Origin: Camelus dromedarius
Lineage: Eukaryota
Length of the DNA stretch: 64,000 bases
Direction of reading: 5' to 3'
Assembly (NCBI RefSeq): GCF_036321535.1
Contig: NC_087472.1
Coordinates: 91,390,001 to 91,454,000, forward strand
The notes beneath the pieces were generated by a model. It saw nothing but the letters and a program-made list of their open reading frames with translations, searched no databases and had not been told where the DNA came from. The translations under genes were made by a program, and so were the position numbers. This document shows positions 37,180 through 51,420 of this stretch, in pieces; the stretch's first letter is position 1, and the number at the start of each line of letters is the position of its first letter.

Positions 37180-37645
37180 CAGTATGCACACAACTAGAAC
37201 AATAGAGGAATGGTGTTTTGGGTACATATATGTTTACTCATTCATTCACGAATGTTTATTAAACTTCTACTCTGTTCCATCCAGATGCAAGGAATAAAGG
37301 TAAAAGTTACAGTTCTTGCACTGAAACAATACATAGGCTGACAATAGAAAAAGACAAGAAAATGGTATGATGATAGTGGATAAAGCAATGACAGAGGAGA
37401 ACAAAGAGACCCAGGGGAAGAACAGTGATGGCTAGCTCACTCAATTTGGTACCCGGTAGAGATGATGGGTGGGAGCATGTTAGCAAAGGTTCCTTGGAGG
37501 AGGCAAAGTTTATACTGTATCTTAAGGGGTAAATAGGAGTTATCCAGATGCAGAAGAATGAAGGACATCCCAGAGGAACAGTGCCTGTAATGCTACAGAA
37601 CAGTGAGCCTGACATGTTTGGGAAACTGCATGTAATTCAGTGAGA
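37180..37645. mobile_element. L2 LINE fragment
   Basis: tactcattcattcacgaatgtttatt...aggttccttggaggaggcaaagttt...catcccagaggaacagtgcctg. Confidence 0.6.
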
Positions 37646-37739
37646 CTTCAACCTTCATTTTGTATGGGGAAATGATCCAATTTTCAAAGTGTTTCCCAAA
37701 CACTTTCTACTTAAGATGGTCACAAGATATATCAGAAAT

Positions 37740-38112
37740 CAGCAAGTGTGATGCCCTCTGCTTTGTTCTTCCTTCTCAAGATTGCTTAGGCTGTCCAGGT
37801 CGTTTTTGGCTCCATATAAATTTTAGGATTGTTCTGTCTACTGTAAAAAATGCCATTGGAATCTCCATAGGAATTGCATTAAATCTACTGATGGCTTTGG
37901 GTTTCATGGACATTTTAACAATATTAATTTTTTCAATCCATGAACACGGGATACCTTTCCATTTATTTATGTCTTCTTCAATTTCTTTCATCAATGTCTT
38001 GTAGTTTTCAGTGCAGAGATCTTTCACCTCTTTGGTTAAAATTATTCCTAAGTATTTTATTGTTTTCAAGGCTGTTGTAAATGAGATTGTTTTCTTTACT
38101 TCTTTTTCAGAT
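37740..38112 (-). mobile_element. L1 ORF2 fragment
   Basis: ORF 37776..38069: [15 protein letters not shown]...[14 protein letters not shown]...RFNAIP is L1 ORF2. Confidence 0.9.
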
Positions 38113-38284
38113 AAAACAATGACTTTTGGCCATCAGTGTGTGAGTCGACCAACCAAGCACACAAATCTCACACTGTGATGCACAGAGAGATTCTTAGGGC
38201 CACTGCCACTATATGGAGTAAGAAAGCTTCACATAGAAGTTAACAGCAGTTCTGATTAGGCCCATGGGAGAAATATGTCATTAA

Positions 38285-38545
38285 ATAATAATAATTGCTA
38301 ACACTATTGAGGTCCTACTATGTGTCTGGCACTGATCTTAGTACTATATGTTTGCTATTTTATTTAATCATCGCAACAATCCTATAAGATAGGTACCATT
38401 ATTATTTTCATCTAAACAGGTGAACAGACTGAGACAGAGAAAGATTAAGGAACTTGCTCAAGGTCACAAAGCTAGTAGTGGGTAAGCCAGACTCAAACCC
38501 AGTCTGATGCCATCTACTGTGTGCTTAATCTCTATTCCCTACTGC
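38285..38545 (-). mobile_element. MIR, near full length
   Basis: aataataattgctaacactattgag...aacaggtgaacagactgagacagaga..ttaaggaacttgctcaaggtcaca. Confidence 0.8.
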
Positions 38546-41500
38546 CTGCAGAATAAGGGTAAAAAAAAAACCTATTTAAGTTAACATAAGGAGGAGACAC
38601 ACTCAAAACATGATTAATATAAACATAACAGTATTTAAATCACATATATCCACTTGATAGGGGAAAAAAAGAAAGCAAGCTTTACTCTATACTGCCTCCC
38701 CAAAGCTTGAAGGAGGGCAATACAGACCTGAAAATGACTGATTAAATTCCTATCATTCTATAATGAGTGAAGAATCCATTCTATTATTAGTGAAATGGCT
38801 AACACCAAGGATAGTGGCTGAGAAGACATGAATGCTTACACAATACAGTGAAAAGTTGCTCTGAAGTATGTAGAAGGAATCAATTTCAGTGTTAGTATAA
38901 TCAAGAAACTAAATTAAGATTAATGTGAAGCCACACATTTTGACAGAATCTCAAATGATCTCATTTCCAAGACCTGAAATATTCTTCTAGGGATGATTAA
39001 ACAAAGCTTGCACTTTCATCTTTAAAGTTCAATTATTATCTTTTACTTTATTTGATTAGAATATATCAAGGACATGATGCTTCTCATGTTGCTATGGAGT
39101 TGGGGTAGAAAACTTGAAGACATGTTTCTAGGTTCTCCAGTCCAATTTTCTCAACATTTTTTTTTTCTGTCTCAGCAATGATCTCATGAGTAAACATTCT
39201 CCAATGTGAGTTCTTGGCTCACTCGCTATAACATCACACTATTCTTTCCCTTCTCAGGGAAGTCTGGCATGCAAATGCAGGAGAATGTGCTTACTATAGG
39301 AATAATAAATCCCATCTTCTGTTTCCAAGGAAATATGTCTCTCATGGGCAATACTTTTTGTTGGTGTATACACTATGCCCTTTAAAACTCTCTCTCATAT
39401 CCCAAGGGTGGAATCTTGGAAACTACATTTCTCACACTATTGTGAACAGGGTTTCAATTAGACTTCATCAATGAGAAGCATCTGCATGATATTTGGAAAC
39501 TGGGAAAGAAGGGGAAGCAGTCCACTGCCATCTTGCCATCCCAGATCATCATAACAGAAGGTGAGAATGCTGAGGTTCCCAGAGCAAGTCTTCAACGTCT
39601 CAGTCCACAAATAACCATTTCTGCTCACAGTCCACTGCCCAGATCAGTTGGTTGTGGCTCTGCCCAATTGCAAAGTGGCCAGGAAATATAGGTGAAAACA
39701 TGAATATTTGGTAAGAATTACATGTCTGTGTCACAGGGATGGTAATTAATATATTTGATATATTTAAATTCATGTCATTTGGGTCCATAAAGAAGTAGAA
39801 ATGTGTGGGTTGGAATGCATATGAACTCTTGAATCAAGCCAGTCAGGTACGGACAGTGGGTGAAAGGAACAGTAGGTGACTTAGTGGATAAGAAACAACA
39901 GGAAGTAGGGTATGGTGGAGGGGAGGGCATGAGCCAGGATGGTGTCATAGCACTCCAGAAGGATCCAAGAAGTCAGTGATAGTTGACTGGGGAGAAGCCA
40001 AAATGGGAGGAATGAACCTTGTGAATAAATCTTAGTTGATGATGTGGACCGAGGAGAATATCTGTCAGTGTTCCAGATTTATGTATGGTTGTAAAAAAAG
40101 ATTTGTTTTCAAATGGCCATGACAAATTGAAACAATGATCCTTAATGTAATTTTTTTTTCCAAAAGGAGAGGCTTCCTTTGAACATTATAGAAGTTCTGT
40201 GACCTTTTTATTAAATATTCAAGCAACATATAAGCGTATGAAGTAGAAAGTGACAATCTACTAAGCCCAAGCAGAGCTATTGATAATGGATGCTATCAAT
40301 TGAACATATAAGTAAATACATGGATATGAAGATATTTGTCTAAATATAGACCACATATGCTATCTTGTAATCTACTTTAAAATATTACATCATGACCTCT
40401 ATTCCTTGCCATTACATATGGCTTTACCTCATGCTTTTCAAAGATGACAGGATATCATACTCTAAGGATTACCATAATTGATTCAGCCAATCCTCTGAAA
40501 ATAGACACATATCTTGTTTTGTTCTCCTGCTATTATAGAGATGCTGCAAGAATATTTTTGAACACACATCCTTGTGCACATATGAGAGTATATCTCTAGG
40601 ATAAATATCTAAAACTAGAATTTTGGGGTCAAAGAGTATGTGCACTTAAATTTATATTTATATAAATATATATAAAATTGTTCTTCAGGAATATTGCACC
40701 AATTTGTGTTTCCACTAACAGTATACGAAAATGAGTTGCATTGTCTAGGAATATATTCTACAAGGTTCTCACACAAGGGTGCAGGCAATCAACAAAATCA
40801 ACCCTTGTGGAGGTACTGAGCAATTAATAGAGAACAAAAAGTGAGAACTCAGCAACATTTATTATATATCACAGTAACATCTTCCACAGCTCACATACAC
40901 TATGTGCAGTGGACTATGATTGGTATAGAAAATTCCAGGACTCTGAGGGATTGCTAAAGGTATTTTTGGATCTGTGCTTTGCTGCAGTTCTTTCCTCCTC
41001 AAATGAAGGAAGTACCACCTTCAGAATTTCCATTTAAATCACTAAAGGTAGGGACTGGGGGTCCTGAACTTTAGGAACACATCAGTGGCTTTTATTTGCT
41101 AAATATGTAAGATATTGGTACGACCTTGTGCATAAGGACAAGAGTAGTTGAATCAATTAAAAAATAACAACTTTTTCAGGTACTATGCCTGTTTTAGAGA
41201 CAACACAGGGTACACTTAGGTAGATCAAGTTTCTTAACAGTGATCTCACAAGTTGGTAGTGTTAGAAGAACAATCCAACCTAAAGACTTCTGATGATAAA
41301 TCCTATGCTCTTTCTGGGCTGTCTAAATCTGATTTTCAATTTATTCTAAATTTTGGGTTAGACCCTAAATATATTCTATTGAGATCCTTTGTCTCAAGCA
41401 TGAAATCCACATATTTACAGATTAATTTGGATTTAAAAAATTATACTTTATCCAAGTGTTACACAAGATTTAAAAGTTACTCAGACTTCTGGACTTTTCA

Positions 41501-42399
41501 GAGAGACCTCAACAGGTTTTCTCTCTCTGTAAAGATCAGGAACTTGAAACTAGAGTTATAAACAATTCTGATGATTACATAAAAATGTCCAAACTCATGA
41601 TATTCAGATAGGTTCTTAACTGAGCACACATAACCGTCCTATACTCTCTCTTTGACATATGTTTATTATCATGGGAGTATTTTTCTCATTTTTCTTATAT
41701 CTCATCTGGTGACAAAGGTAATTAATAGTATATTCCTGTTATTTTCAAATGCTTATCTTGAAAAATATTTTTTTAAAATAACATAGGCTTTCTCTTCTGT
41801 CTCATTTTCCTTTCTTATATTCCTTGTTTCTTTGTTTCTCTCACAGTTTTTCTCTGCTGTATTACATTTCCCTAAGAACTAACCCTGGTATTATGATTTC
41901 ATTTCTTTGTGTCACATCACTGACCCATTTTAAATCATTAGTAACTTTGTAAAGGCAACTTGTTATTACACCTATAGACAGTATAATAAACAGGTTAGAA
42001 AGTATGTGAGTGGAGTCACACAGAGTGTGTACTGACTAGTATTTCTTAGTGGGGAAGTTACAAAGGCTCTTTAGAGAAAGAGCCCTGTGCTGGGCTATAA
42101 GCAAGTTAACGCAATGGACTGCATTTTAGTTATCATTGAATCCCCAGTCTAAAACAATACCAAGAACTTAATAGGAAATCTATAAATATTTGTTGAATGA
42201 ATGTAGTTATTAGGCAAGTTACTTAACGTCCATGGCCAGAAATGCTGCACAGCTTCTCCAAGACACGTAGATAACTGATTATACATGCTCAGAGATATAT
42301 GTGCTTGACAATTCTATCTGTTGTGATCTTAGTCATTATTCTATAATACTTTTAGTGCACTTACTGAAATCTTACAAGTTTTCCTTTTTGTTCTATTGA

Positions 42400-44370
42400 C
42401 TCAGAATTTCCATTTGTGGGCATTATTGAAAAGAAACATGTACCTATGCACACCAAGAGACAAGTATGAGAACGCTCATAACATTATTCTTATTCATCCC
42501 CAACTGGAAACTACCAATATGTCATCAACATGGTAGATTACAATGGAATACTGCACAGCAATGTAAATGAATAGCAATATACAGTACCATGGATACTTAC
42601 TCATACTGAGAAAGAAACCAACACAAAAGATTAAGTACTACGGTGTGCATATAAGTTTTTCAAAAAAGGTAAAACTAAGCTATAGTGTTAGAAAACAGGA
42701 TACTAGATACTTGGGGAAAAAGTTTAGGTTAAGGACTGTGACGAGGCATGGAGGGGGCTTCTGATGTGCTAGTAATGGTCTATTTCTTGATTTGGGTGGC
42801 AGTTACATGAGTGTGTTTTCTTTGTGACTACCAACTTGTATAATTATACTTTTTTCTGTATATACGTCAACACTCCATAAAAACTTATTTAAAAATTAAA
42901 TACATTTGTATACAAGTACAAAGGCATAATAAGAATCTGGAATGATTGATAGACATCTTGGAAGTCTTTAGGCTGGACTGAAAAGGAAGAAATGAAAGTG
43001 CCATTCACAAATGATATCATTGTGCATACACAGAAAATCCAAAATTATCAACAGAAACATTAGTAGCACTTAACAAGATTGTGATAGGAAATCAATATTG
43101 AAACTCAATTGCCCTGAATATATAACCAGCTGATTCTTTGTACTAGCAACTAAAAGAAAAGGAAATAAAAAGATATAATTTGTAATTAAAAATTATGTAG
43201 CAGCTAGGAATACATCTAAACCTCCACTCCCTAATTCTAAAGAGAAAAAATAAAGATGATCCAAATAAATGAAATTTTATATATATATACATACACACAC
43301 ACACACACCCCTATATACACATACCATTCATGGATTGGGTGGCTCACCAAACTGTGTGTGTGTGCATGTAAATACACATAGAGAGGAATATTTTAAAAAT
43401 ATAACCACATAAAAATTATCCCAAATTCATAAACAGATTCAATGCCATTCAAAACTCAATAAATTTTCTTGTGGAATGTTCAAACTTATTCTCAAATTTA
43501 TATGGGAATACAAAGGGCCCAAAACAGACAAAACTATCTTGAAGGTTATTAACAAGATGCGAGGGCTTGCACTGCTGGATATCAAAACTTATTATAAAGC
43601 TATGGTAATTACTGTATTGATACTCAGAAAAGTAGGAAAACAAAACAGATTAGAAAACTCAGACACAGATCCAACATCAGTGGACACTTTACTCATGACA
43701 AACAGGGCACAGAAGTGGAGAAAGGACATTCTTTTCAGTAAGTGAAGCTGGGACAACTGGTTAATCATGTGGGAACAAAAGAAAATGACAAACTCTTATC
43801 TCAAAATATACATCAAAATAATTTCCAGATGTATTATAGGTTAAGCATAAAAATCAAAATAATAAAACTTTAGAAGTTTACATAGAAAAATATTTTTATG
43901 ATCTTAAGGCAGAGAAAAATTTCTAAACTAAAACAAAACAGTAAAAGCACTAATCAAAAGGAAAAGATTGATGAATTAAAATTAAGAGTTCCATCAAAAG
44001 TTACCACAAAAATGGAAAAGGAATAGCACAGCATGGGAGACGAGACTGGCAATACATACAACCAATAAAGCGTTAATATTGAGAATATATAAAGAACTCC
44101 TCCAAATAAATAAGAAAAATACAAATAACTCAATAATAAATTAGTCAAAAGTCATGAATGGGCGGGCACTGCACAAAGAAGAAATCAAATGATATAAGCA
44201 TATGAAAAGTGCATTAATTCTATTTACAATCAGGGAAATGCAAATTTAGACTACACTAAGACACCAGCATATAGCCATCAGATTGGGAAGAAACAATGTA
44301 AAGCCTGATAATACCAAGTGTTAGTGAGGATGTGGAGCAGTTTTAATTCTCATATACAACTAGTCAGAAT
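42400..44370 (+). mobile_element. Old L1ME-type fragments (3' end 42400-42900; ORF2 region 42960-44370)
   Basis: Degenerate ORF2 (KLILKFIWEYKGP...LDIKTYYKAMVI) and an L1ME-like 3' UTR. Confidence 0.7.
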
Positions 44371-44797
44371 ATATGAGATCATTATTCTTCTAAAGTAAAG
44401 CCAAATGTGGCCTACCATAGTTGTGTAATTTTGATTTGTTTGGCCAAATGCCCAAACCACCAAGAGCAGGCCTGACAAAGGTTGATATCAAGTTTTGAGC
44501 TTGGTGTGGGGTATTTTGATAGGAGAAACCGTGGTTCCTGATGAGTACTGAGCGGGCATACCGGCACTAGACTGGCTGATGAGCAGTTGTTATACCACAC
44601 TTTGGGATTTTATTTATCTGAGAGTTATATAACCTTTTAAACTTTAACCTACTGTTAGTTTGGGTTTTCAGCCTCAAAGCTGTAACTAATTATAATTTAA
44701 ATGCCTTTTCTTGGGTAATATTTCTGAGTGCTTAGTATGTACCATGAACTGTGTTAAAAGCATCATATAAGTTATCTCATTCAATTAACCCAACAAC

Positions 44798-44833
44798 TGA
44801 ATTAGTGTTCTCCAGAGAAAGAGAAACAACAGG

Positions 44834-44864
<31 letters not shown>

Positions 44865-45281
44865 TAAAGAGATATTCATTATAAGAAATTGGCTCATGTG
44901 ATTATGGAGGCTGAGAAGTCCAGACTCAGGAGAGTCCATGATACAGTTCCAGTCCAAGTCTAATAGCATGAGAAGGAGGAGAGCCAATAGTATAAGTTCT
45001 AGTCCAGGTCTGAGTTCAAAGGCAGAAGAAGACTAATGTCCCAGTTCAGAGACCATTAGTCAGAGAGCAAATTCTCCCTTAAGCTCAGCCTTTTTGTTCT
45101 ATTCAGGCTTTCAATGGATTGGATGAGGCCCACCTATAGTGGAGAAGGCAATCTGCCTTACTTTGGCTATGGATTCAAACGTTAATCTCATCCAGAAACA
45201 CCCTCATAGATACAATCAGAATAATGTTTTTATCTGGGTATCCTGTGGCTCAGTCAAGCTGACACAAAACTAACCATCACA
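44798..45281 (-). mobile_element. ERVL MLT2 solo LTR, inserted in a MIR
   Basis: attagtgttctccagagaaa...aattggctcatgtgattatggaggctgagaagtcc...ggattggatgaggcccacc...aactaaccatcaca. Confidence 0.85.
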
Positions 45282-46104
45282 ACACCACCAATGAAGTAAG
45301 CACTGAGACAGAGAGAGATTAACAAATATGTGATGAAGTCACATAGGAAGTTTAACACCAGAACACACATTTTAGATGACACTTTATCCTACTGCCTATC
45401 TACCTGTATAGCAGCCTTACTTATCTTTGGGTTCCTCATAAAATCTAAGAGTACTCGTCACATAGCTCTTGACACATAAATCATTATATTCCCTAAAATA
45501 CTGACTTGGATCAACCAGACCAAATAAAGCATTCAGTAAGCCTTTGATCTAAGGACAATCTTTTTTTGCATTCATACAAGATGAGTTCTGAATAAGCTTT
45601 CAATTCTTTTTGTTTTAGCAAAGTGAATTTTCAGTACAGAATGAGATGCTTGGGAAAACCACTGAAAACATCTTGACAGTAAGTTTTTGCATTTCGCTGC
45701 TCTTTACAATGGAAACAAATAAACAAATATACCATAAAGCTTATACAGAAAATCATAGCAAAGGAACCCAATTAATTCCTTACACATAGTATTTTCTAAA
45801 GGTTTTTTTTTCCTTTCTCAATGAATGTAAATTTATCGGCAGACCAAAAGTATATCTGTTAATGGAATTAAGATTGCTAAATGTCAACTTCTTTTCCAAA
45901 AGAAGTCCTTGAAAACATTTGTATTTCTAATAATTCATTTCCTCATTATCATAGGTGGGAAAAAATGATGGCATAATTCCTAATAGCCAGAGGTAGATAT
46001 GTATCACATTAGGAAGGTGGTACAAACATAAATTTGAAGTTAAATATAAAATATTGAATACAAAATACTTTTACTGAGTTAAATACAAAAATATTCCTTC
46101 ACCA

Positions 46105-46480
46105 TTTTGACAAATAGTTATCAGGTACTTATATGTGCCAGGTACCACTCTAGGATCTGGAATTTATGACCAAAAGTACACGTATATTGGAAGAGACAAA
46201 CAATAAACAGATAAATGATAAGTATATTATAGAATGTCAGGTAGTGATAAGCATTATGGAGAAACATGAGACAGAGAAAAGAGAGTGAAGAGTGGGTGAA
46301 GATGCGGCACTGGGGCACAGAACTGAATGGAGCGATCAGACAGATGGGCCTACATGCAGAGGAAGTGTGTTCTAGACAGATAGGATCAGGCCCTGGGGTG
46401 GGCTGCCAGTATGGTTGGTAAACCTTGAGTGAGGGGAGTTCTGGGCAGTGAGGTAAGTGAGATAGCCAGGATTCAGTGCT
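46105..46480. mobile_element. L2 LINE fragment
   Basis: caaatagttatcaggtacttatatgtgccaggtaccactctagg...gtcaggtagtgataagcattatggagaaa. Confidence 0.65.
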
Positions 46481-46675
46481 CTAGAATGAGAACTATGCAT
46501 GGAATACAGTACACATGTCTACACATCACATTAAGATAAAATTAGAGTAGAACTTACAGTGATAAGTTTTAGTGATAAACTTTCGGTGATACTATTAATC
46601 CAAGATGGCAAATGGAATAATTGTTGCATTAGCTACCCCATTTCTGCTGAGTTTTCCAAATATTACTTTGGGACT

Positions 46676-47233
46676 TGTGGTAGGCAGCTTCTGAACATGG
46701 CTCCCAATGGTCCCGACTCCTGGTATTCATATTCTTATATAATCTTCTCCCTTTGAGTGCAGACTGGACCTAGTGACATGATTTTAATAAGTAGAATATG
46801 GCAAGTGATGGATGTTAGGTTCCAAGATTGACTTGTGTCTTGCTAGCACTCCTCCTCTCGCTGGCACTCTTTCTTGCCCTTTTACTTGCTCACTCTGATG
46901 AAAGCAGCTACCATACTGTGAAATGCTCTTACAGAGAGGCCCATGTGGCAAGGAACCAAGGGAGATCTCTGACCAACAGCTCATGAGGAGCTGAGATCTC
47001 AGTCTAAGAGTGCATGAGGAACTGAATCCTGCTACCAACTACATGAGTGAATTAGAAAGCAGATCTTTCCCAATCAGCACCTTGAGATGACTTTAGCCTT
47101 ACAGGAAACCCAGAGCTAGAGGATTTGGCTAAAACATGCCTGAATTTCTGTCCCATAAAAACTATGAAATAATAAATGTTTTTTAAAGCCACTCATTTTT
47201 GAGCTAATTTATTACAACGTAATATATAGTATA
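46676..47233 (+). mobile_element. MaLR MLT1 solo LTR
   Basis: tgtggtaggcagcttctgaacatggctcccaatg...gagaggcccatgtggcaaggaac...gaggaactgaatcctgc...aataaatgttttttaaagccact. Confidence 0.85.
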
Positions 47234-47547
47234 GGGCTGCACTTCTGTTTCTACACTGAGCACTCAGGAGGAAGTTTACCCTGCAGGTTTAGCATTCTTA
47301 TGTGTGTGGAGAGATGGGAGAGTTTTAAAGATCCTTTAGTGAGAACAGTATTTGCTTATTCAGTTTTCCCAATAGGGAGAAATATAAAAGTCGTGATACT
47401 TGTTTTGTCTTCTGTCTCCACCCAATTACACATGTTTCTATTAAATCATCTAGGCCTTACAATTATAAGAGAGGGTCTAAGAACATTCCTCCAAATATAT
47501 GTATATTTATTATAAATTATATACAAATATAGTTATTCTAATATGTT

Positions 47548-47574
47548 TTATATATATATGTATATGTGTGTGTG

Positions 47575-47620
<46 letters not shown>
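47548..47620. repeat. (TA)n/(TG)n compound microsatellite
   Basis: Read directly from sequence. Confidence 0.95.
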
Positions 47621-47626
<6 letters not shown>

Positions 47627-48580
47627 AGTCACAAATTTAGATTTATTACAAGATGATGAGGTGAAAATAAATAGTACTTTGAAGAATACTGGCTTAGCTG
47701 ACACCTACTCAATCTTTCATTCCCAGTTCAAGAGTCACTTCTCCGGAAGTCCTTCTCCCAACCATGTCAGATCCTCCTTAATAGACTTATGATTCCTTTT
47801 TGCCCTGAGCACTTATCTCAAGTTGTGATTATGATTATACATTAATTGCCATAGTTATTCCATTAATCTCTGTCTCCCCCACAAGATGGAAAGTTCCATG
47901 GTTGCAAGGAGCACTTATAACTTCTCTCTCAAGTGTATTCCCAGGAGGGACACAGTTCCCTTTCACTATGCCTGGCACAGAACTAGAACTCAGTTTGTGG
48001 AATGAATGGAGAAACAATTCTCGTGAACCTGTCATTTTATTTCCCAGATCTGAGTCTCCAATTGTCAAGTCAGGGGACTGAATCTTCCCATGGGGATTCT
48101 GGTGACCCATTCAGCACATTTATGCTCCTCTTCTGGTATCTATTCTACCATTTCATGTTGACTGCTCAGACTGTGAGCTTCCTCATGCTACCTCCACCGG
48201 AATCCTTGGGTGTTGATGCCTGACATGAATTGGACTGTGAACCCCAATGTAAATGGGTCACAATGGGGGTTATTCCCACTTGCTAAAGTCAATATCTCTT
48301 AGCCCCAATCTTGTCAGATCTTCCTTTTAATCTATTCTGGCTCCATTTAGACGTTTTCAGCATGCTATGTGGAAAGTCACACTTATACAATTTCGCAGGG
48401 ATCCCAGGAGAATTAAATGATAAAATGTACATGAAAACACCCTAGAATTATAAAACATTATACTTCAAAAAAGAACAAATATTTGAATAAAGATATTTTC
48501 CTCTTTGAGAAGAAAATACAAGAAAATGGTAATGAAATACATTGTTGGAAGTTTTGTAATTCATTGTTGTTAAAAATAAC

Positions 48581-49210
48581 TGATCTAGCAATCTTACTCC
48601 CAGGCATATATCCGGAGGAAGCTCTAATTAAAAAAAAATACATGCAACTCAATGTTCATAGCAGCACTACTTACAAAAGCCAAGACATGGAAACAACCTC
48701 AGTGTTTATAAATAGATGACTGGATAAAGAAGTTGTGGTATATATATACAATGGAATATTACTAAGACATAAAAAAGAATAAAATAATGCCATTTGCAGC
48801 AACATCAATGGACCTGGAGATCATCATACTAAGTGAAGTAAGGCAGACAGAAAGAAAAATATCTTATATTACTTATTTGTGGAATCTAAAAAAACAACAC
48901 AAATGAACTTTTTAACAAAAAAGATACAGATTCACAGACATGGAAAACAAACTTATGGTTACCAGGAGTAAAAGGGGGTGGGAAGGGATAAATTGAGAGT
49001 TCCAGATTTGCAGATACTAACTGCTATATATAAAATAGATAAACAACAAGTTTATACTGTGTAGCACAGGGACTATATTTAATATCTGTTAGTAACGTAT
49101 AATGAAAAATATGGAAAGGAATATATGTTTGTACATGTATGACTGAAACATTATGCTGTACCCCAGAAATTGACACAACATTGTAAACTGACTATACCTC
49201 AATAAAAAAA
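48581..49210 (+). mobile_element. 5'-truncated L1 3' end
   Basis: ORF2 end plus 3' UTR; TSD-like aaaaataactgat (48572-48584) / aaaaaaactgat (49204-49215). Confidence 0.9.
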
Positions 49211-49539
49211 CTGATAAAGAAATAAGGCAAATAGATAGGCTTACTTGTACAAGCTATCCAGCAAAGAAGTGCTTTTTCTTCTGAGCCAGATCAAAGTAAA
49301 ACCAAGGTTTACTGATTCAGCTGTTGCTATTAGACATCATCTGTTTGGCATGGATTAAGTGTCAGCTGCTAAATTCAGCACATTTAGCTTCAACTCCTTC
49401 ATGAAAAACACTTAGGTGAAGCCCAGAGCTTCTGTTTCAAAACTGATTAGAAATTAAATCTAGAGACAAGTTTTGAATACAGTGTACTAAGATGAAAGAC
49501 TGCAATTCATAGAGTCTGAAGCAATAATTTTGAGTTTAG

Positions 49540-49690
49540 TGTTTCACTCAGAGATCTTTTTAAAACTCAGATTGTTGGGCCCTACCCCCAGAGATTCTGA
49601 CTCATCTGGCCAGTAAATCTAGATTTATAACAAGCTGTCATGTGATGTCAATGCTGGTCATCTGTGACTCACACACTGAGTAGTGTAGAT
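49540..49690. mobile_element. MER5-like MITE fragment
   Basis: cagattgttgggccctacccccagagattctgactca...taacaagct..atgtgatg..aatgctgg. Confidence 0.6.
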
Positions 49691-50289
49691 CTAATGAATA
49701 ACTGTTTTTCTGCCCAGAGTGACATATTTAAACTGGGCATCTTTATAAGCCAATTTCAGTTCTATGAAGACATTCTTTCAAAAGATATATGTCCCAAAAG
49801 ATATCTGAAATACTTCTAGTTTATGGTAATTATCTATGTGAACTAGCAGCACATGATCTACCTAAGGAAGAATGAAATAAGCAACAATAAGAAATCTTTG
49901 GTTTTCTACAGAAATAAGATATAATCTGGAAATAAAAATCATATCCTATTTCTTTGCCAAACAAAATCTTGAATGTGAGAGAAATGGTTTGTGGGATTAA
50001 GTGAAGAATGCCACATCACTTTAGATTCTCAGGGTTGGAGTTTAGGGTTAGATAACAACAAATCCAATTTCCTTTATTTATAGATAGTGACAGGGGAACT
50101 GTGCCCACTGAAGATGAATGACACAAAGTCATATATATAATGAAAGGCAGGGCCAAGATTGTAACCCAAGTCTTCTGGCTGTTAGTACTGTATGGTTTTC
50201 CATCCAAGAATTTCCTTTCCTGCCAGAAAACAGCAGGTTACACATCCGCTTGGAAACTTTTCTTGGCCTCATCAATGGCAAAGATTACA

Positions 50290-50796
50290 GTGATTTATGA
50301 AAAGCCTTTCTGCCACTTCAGAACACGTTCTGGCAGTTCATCAAATGATCAAACATAGAGTTACCATGTGACCCAACAATTCTACTCCTAGGTTTATATA
50401 TACCCAAGGGAAATGAAAACATATGTCCACAAAAAAACTTGTACGTGAACGTTCATAGCAACGTTATTCCTAATAGCCAAAGGTGGAAACCTAAATGTCC
50501 ACCAATAGATGAATGGATAAACAAAATGTAGCAGATCCATACAATGAAATATGAAATATGGTTCAGCAATAAAAAGGAATGAAATACTTAGACCAGCTAC
50601 AACATGGATGAGCTTTGAAAACATTATGCTAAGCAAAAGAAGTCAGTTACAAAAGACCACATACTATATGATTTCTTTCATATGAAAGCCTAGAATAGGG
50701 AGATCTATAGAGACAGAAAGTCTATTAGTGGTTTCTTAGGCCTGGGTTGGGGAGGGACAAGGGAAGAGAGAAATGACAGTTAAAAAATACAGTTTC
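50290..50796 (+). mobile_element. L1MB-type ORF2 end/3' UTR
   Basis: agagttaccatgtgacccaacaattctactcctagg...gaaatgaaaacatatgtccacaaaaaaacttgtacg...tttgaaaacattatgctaag. Confidence 0.8.
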
Positions 50797-51207
50797 TGGA
50801 GAAGGTTCAAAATGGTGACATAGGAAGATCTTAAACTCACCTCCTCCCACGGGCACAATAAATCTACAACTACATATAGAATAATTCCCTTGGAAAAAGA
50901 CCTGAAAATTTCATGAACAAATTCTTCAAAACAAAGGGTAAAAGGACAGCACTGAGATGGGTAGGAGAGGCAGAGACAGGTGCTCCCAGGGAAGACCCCA
51001 CATCCCAGCTGTGGTGATCCACAATCAAGAGAGATCATAAAGTATGGACTTCTTCCCTGAGGAGTGAGAGATCTAACCCCACATCAAGCACCTCACCCCC
51101 TAGATCCTGCACATCACAGATGGGCCTCCAAAACCCCAGGTTTAAAAACCAACAAGCAAAATGCTCAGGAGAACTACAGAACTACAAGGAATGAAAAACT
51201 CACTTTT

Positions 51208-51420
51208 TTCTGTACTTTTAAGTTTATTTTTTTGGTTAAATAAACCTTTAATTTTAGAATAATTTTAGATTCACAGAAAAGTTGCCAAGATCTTACAGAG
51301 AGTTTCCATATACCCCTCACCCAGTTTTTCCTATTATTTACATCTTATATCACTATGGTACATTTGCCCCACTAAGGAAGCAACATCAATTCATTACTAT
51401 TAACTAATTTCCATACTTTG
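51208..51420 (-). mobile_element. L1MC/MD-type 3' tail inserted in the L1 5' UTR
   Basis: TSD gaaaaactcactttt (51193-51207) / gaaaaagtcactttt (51421-51435); T-tract at left end. Confidence 0.8.
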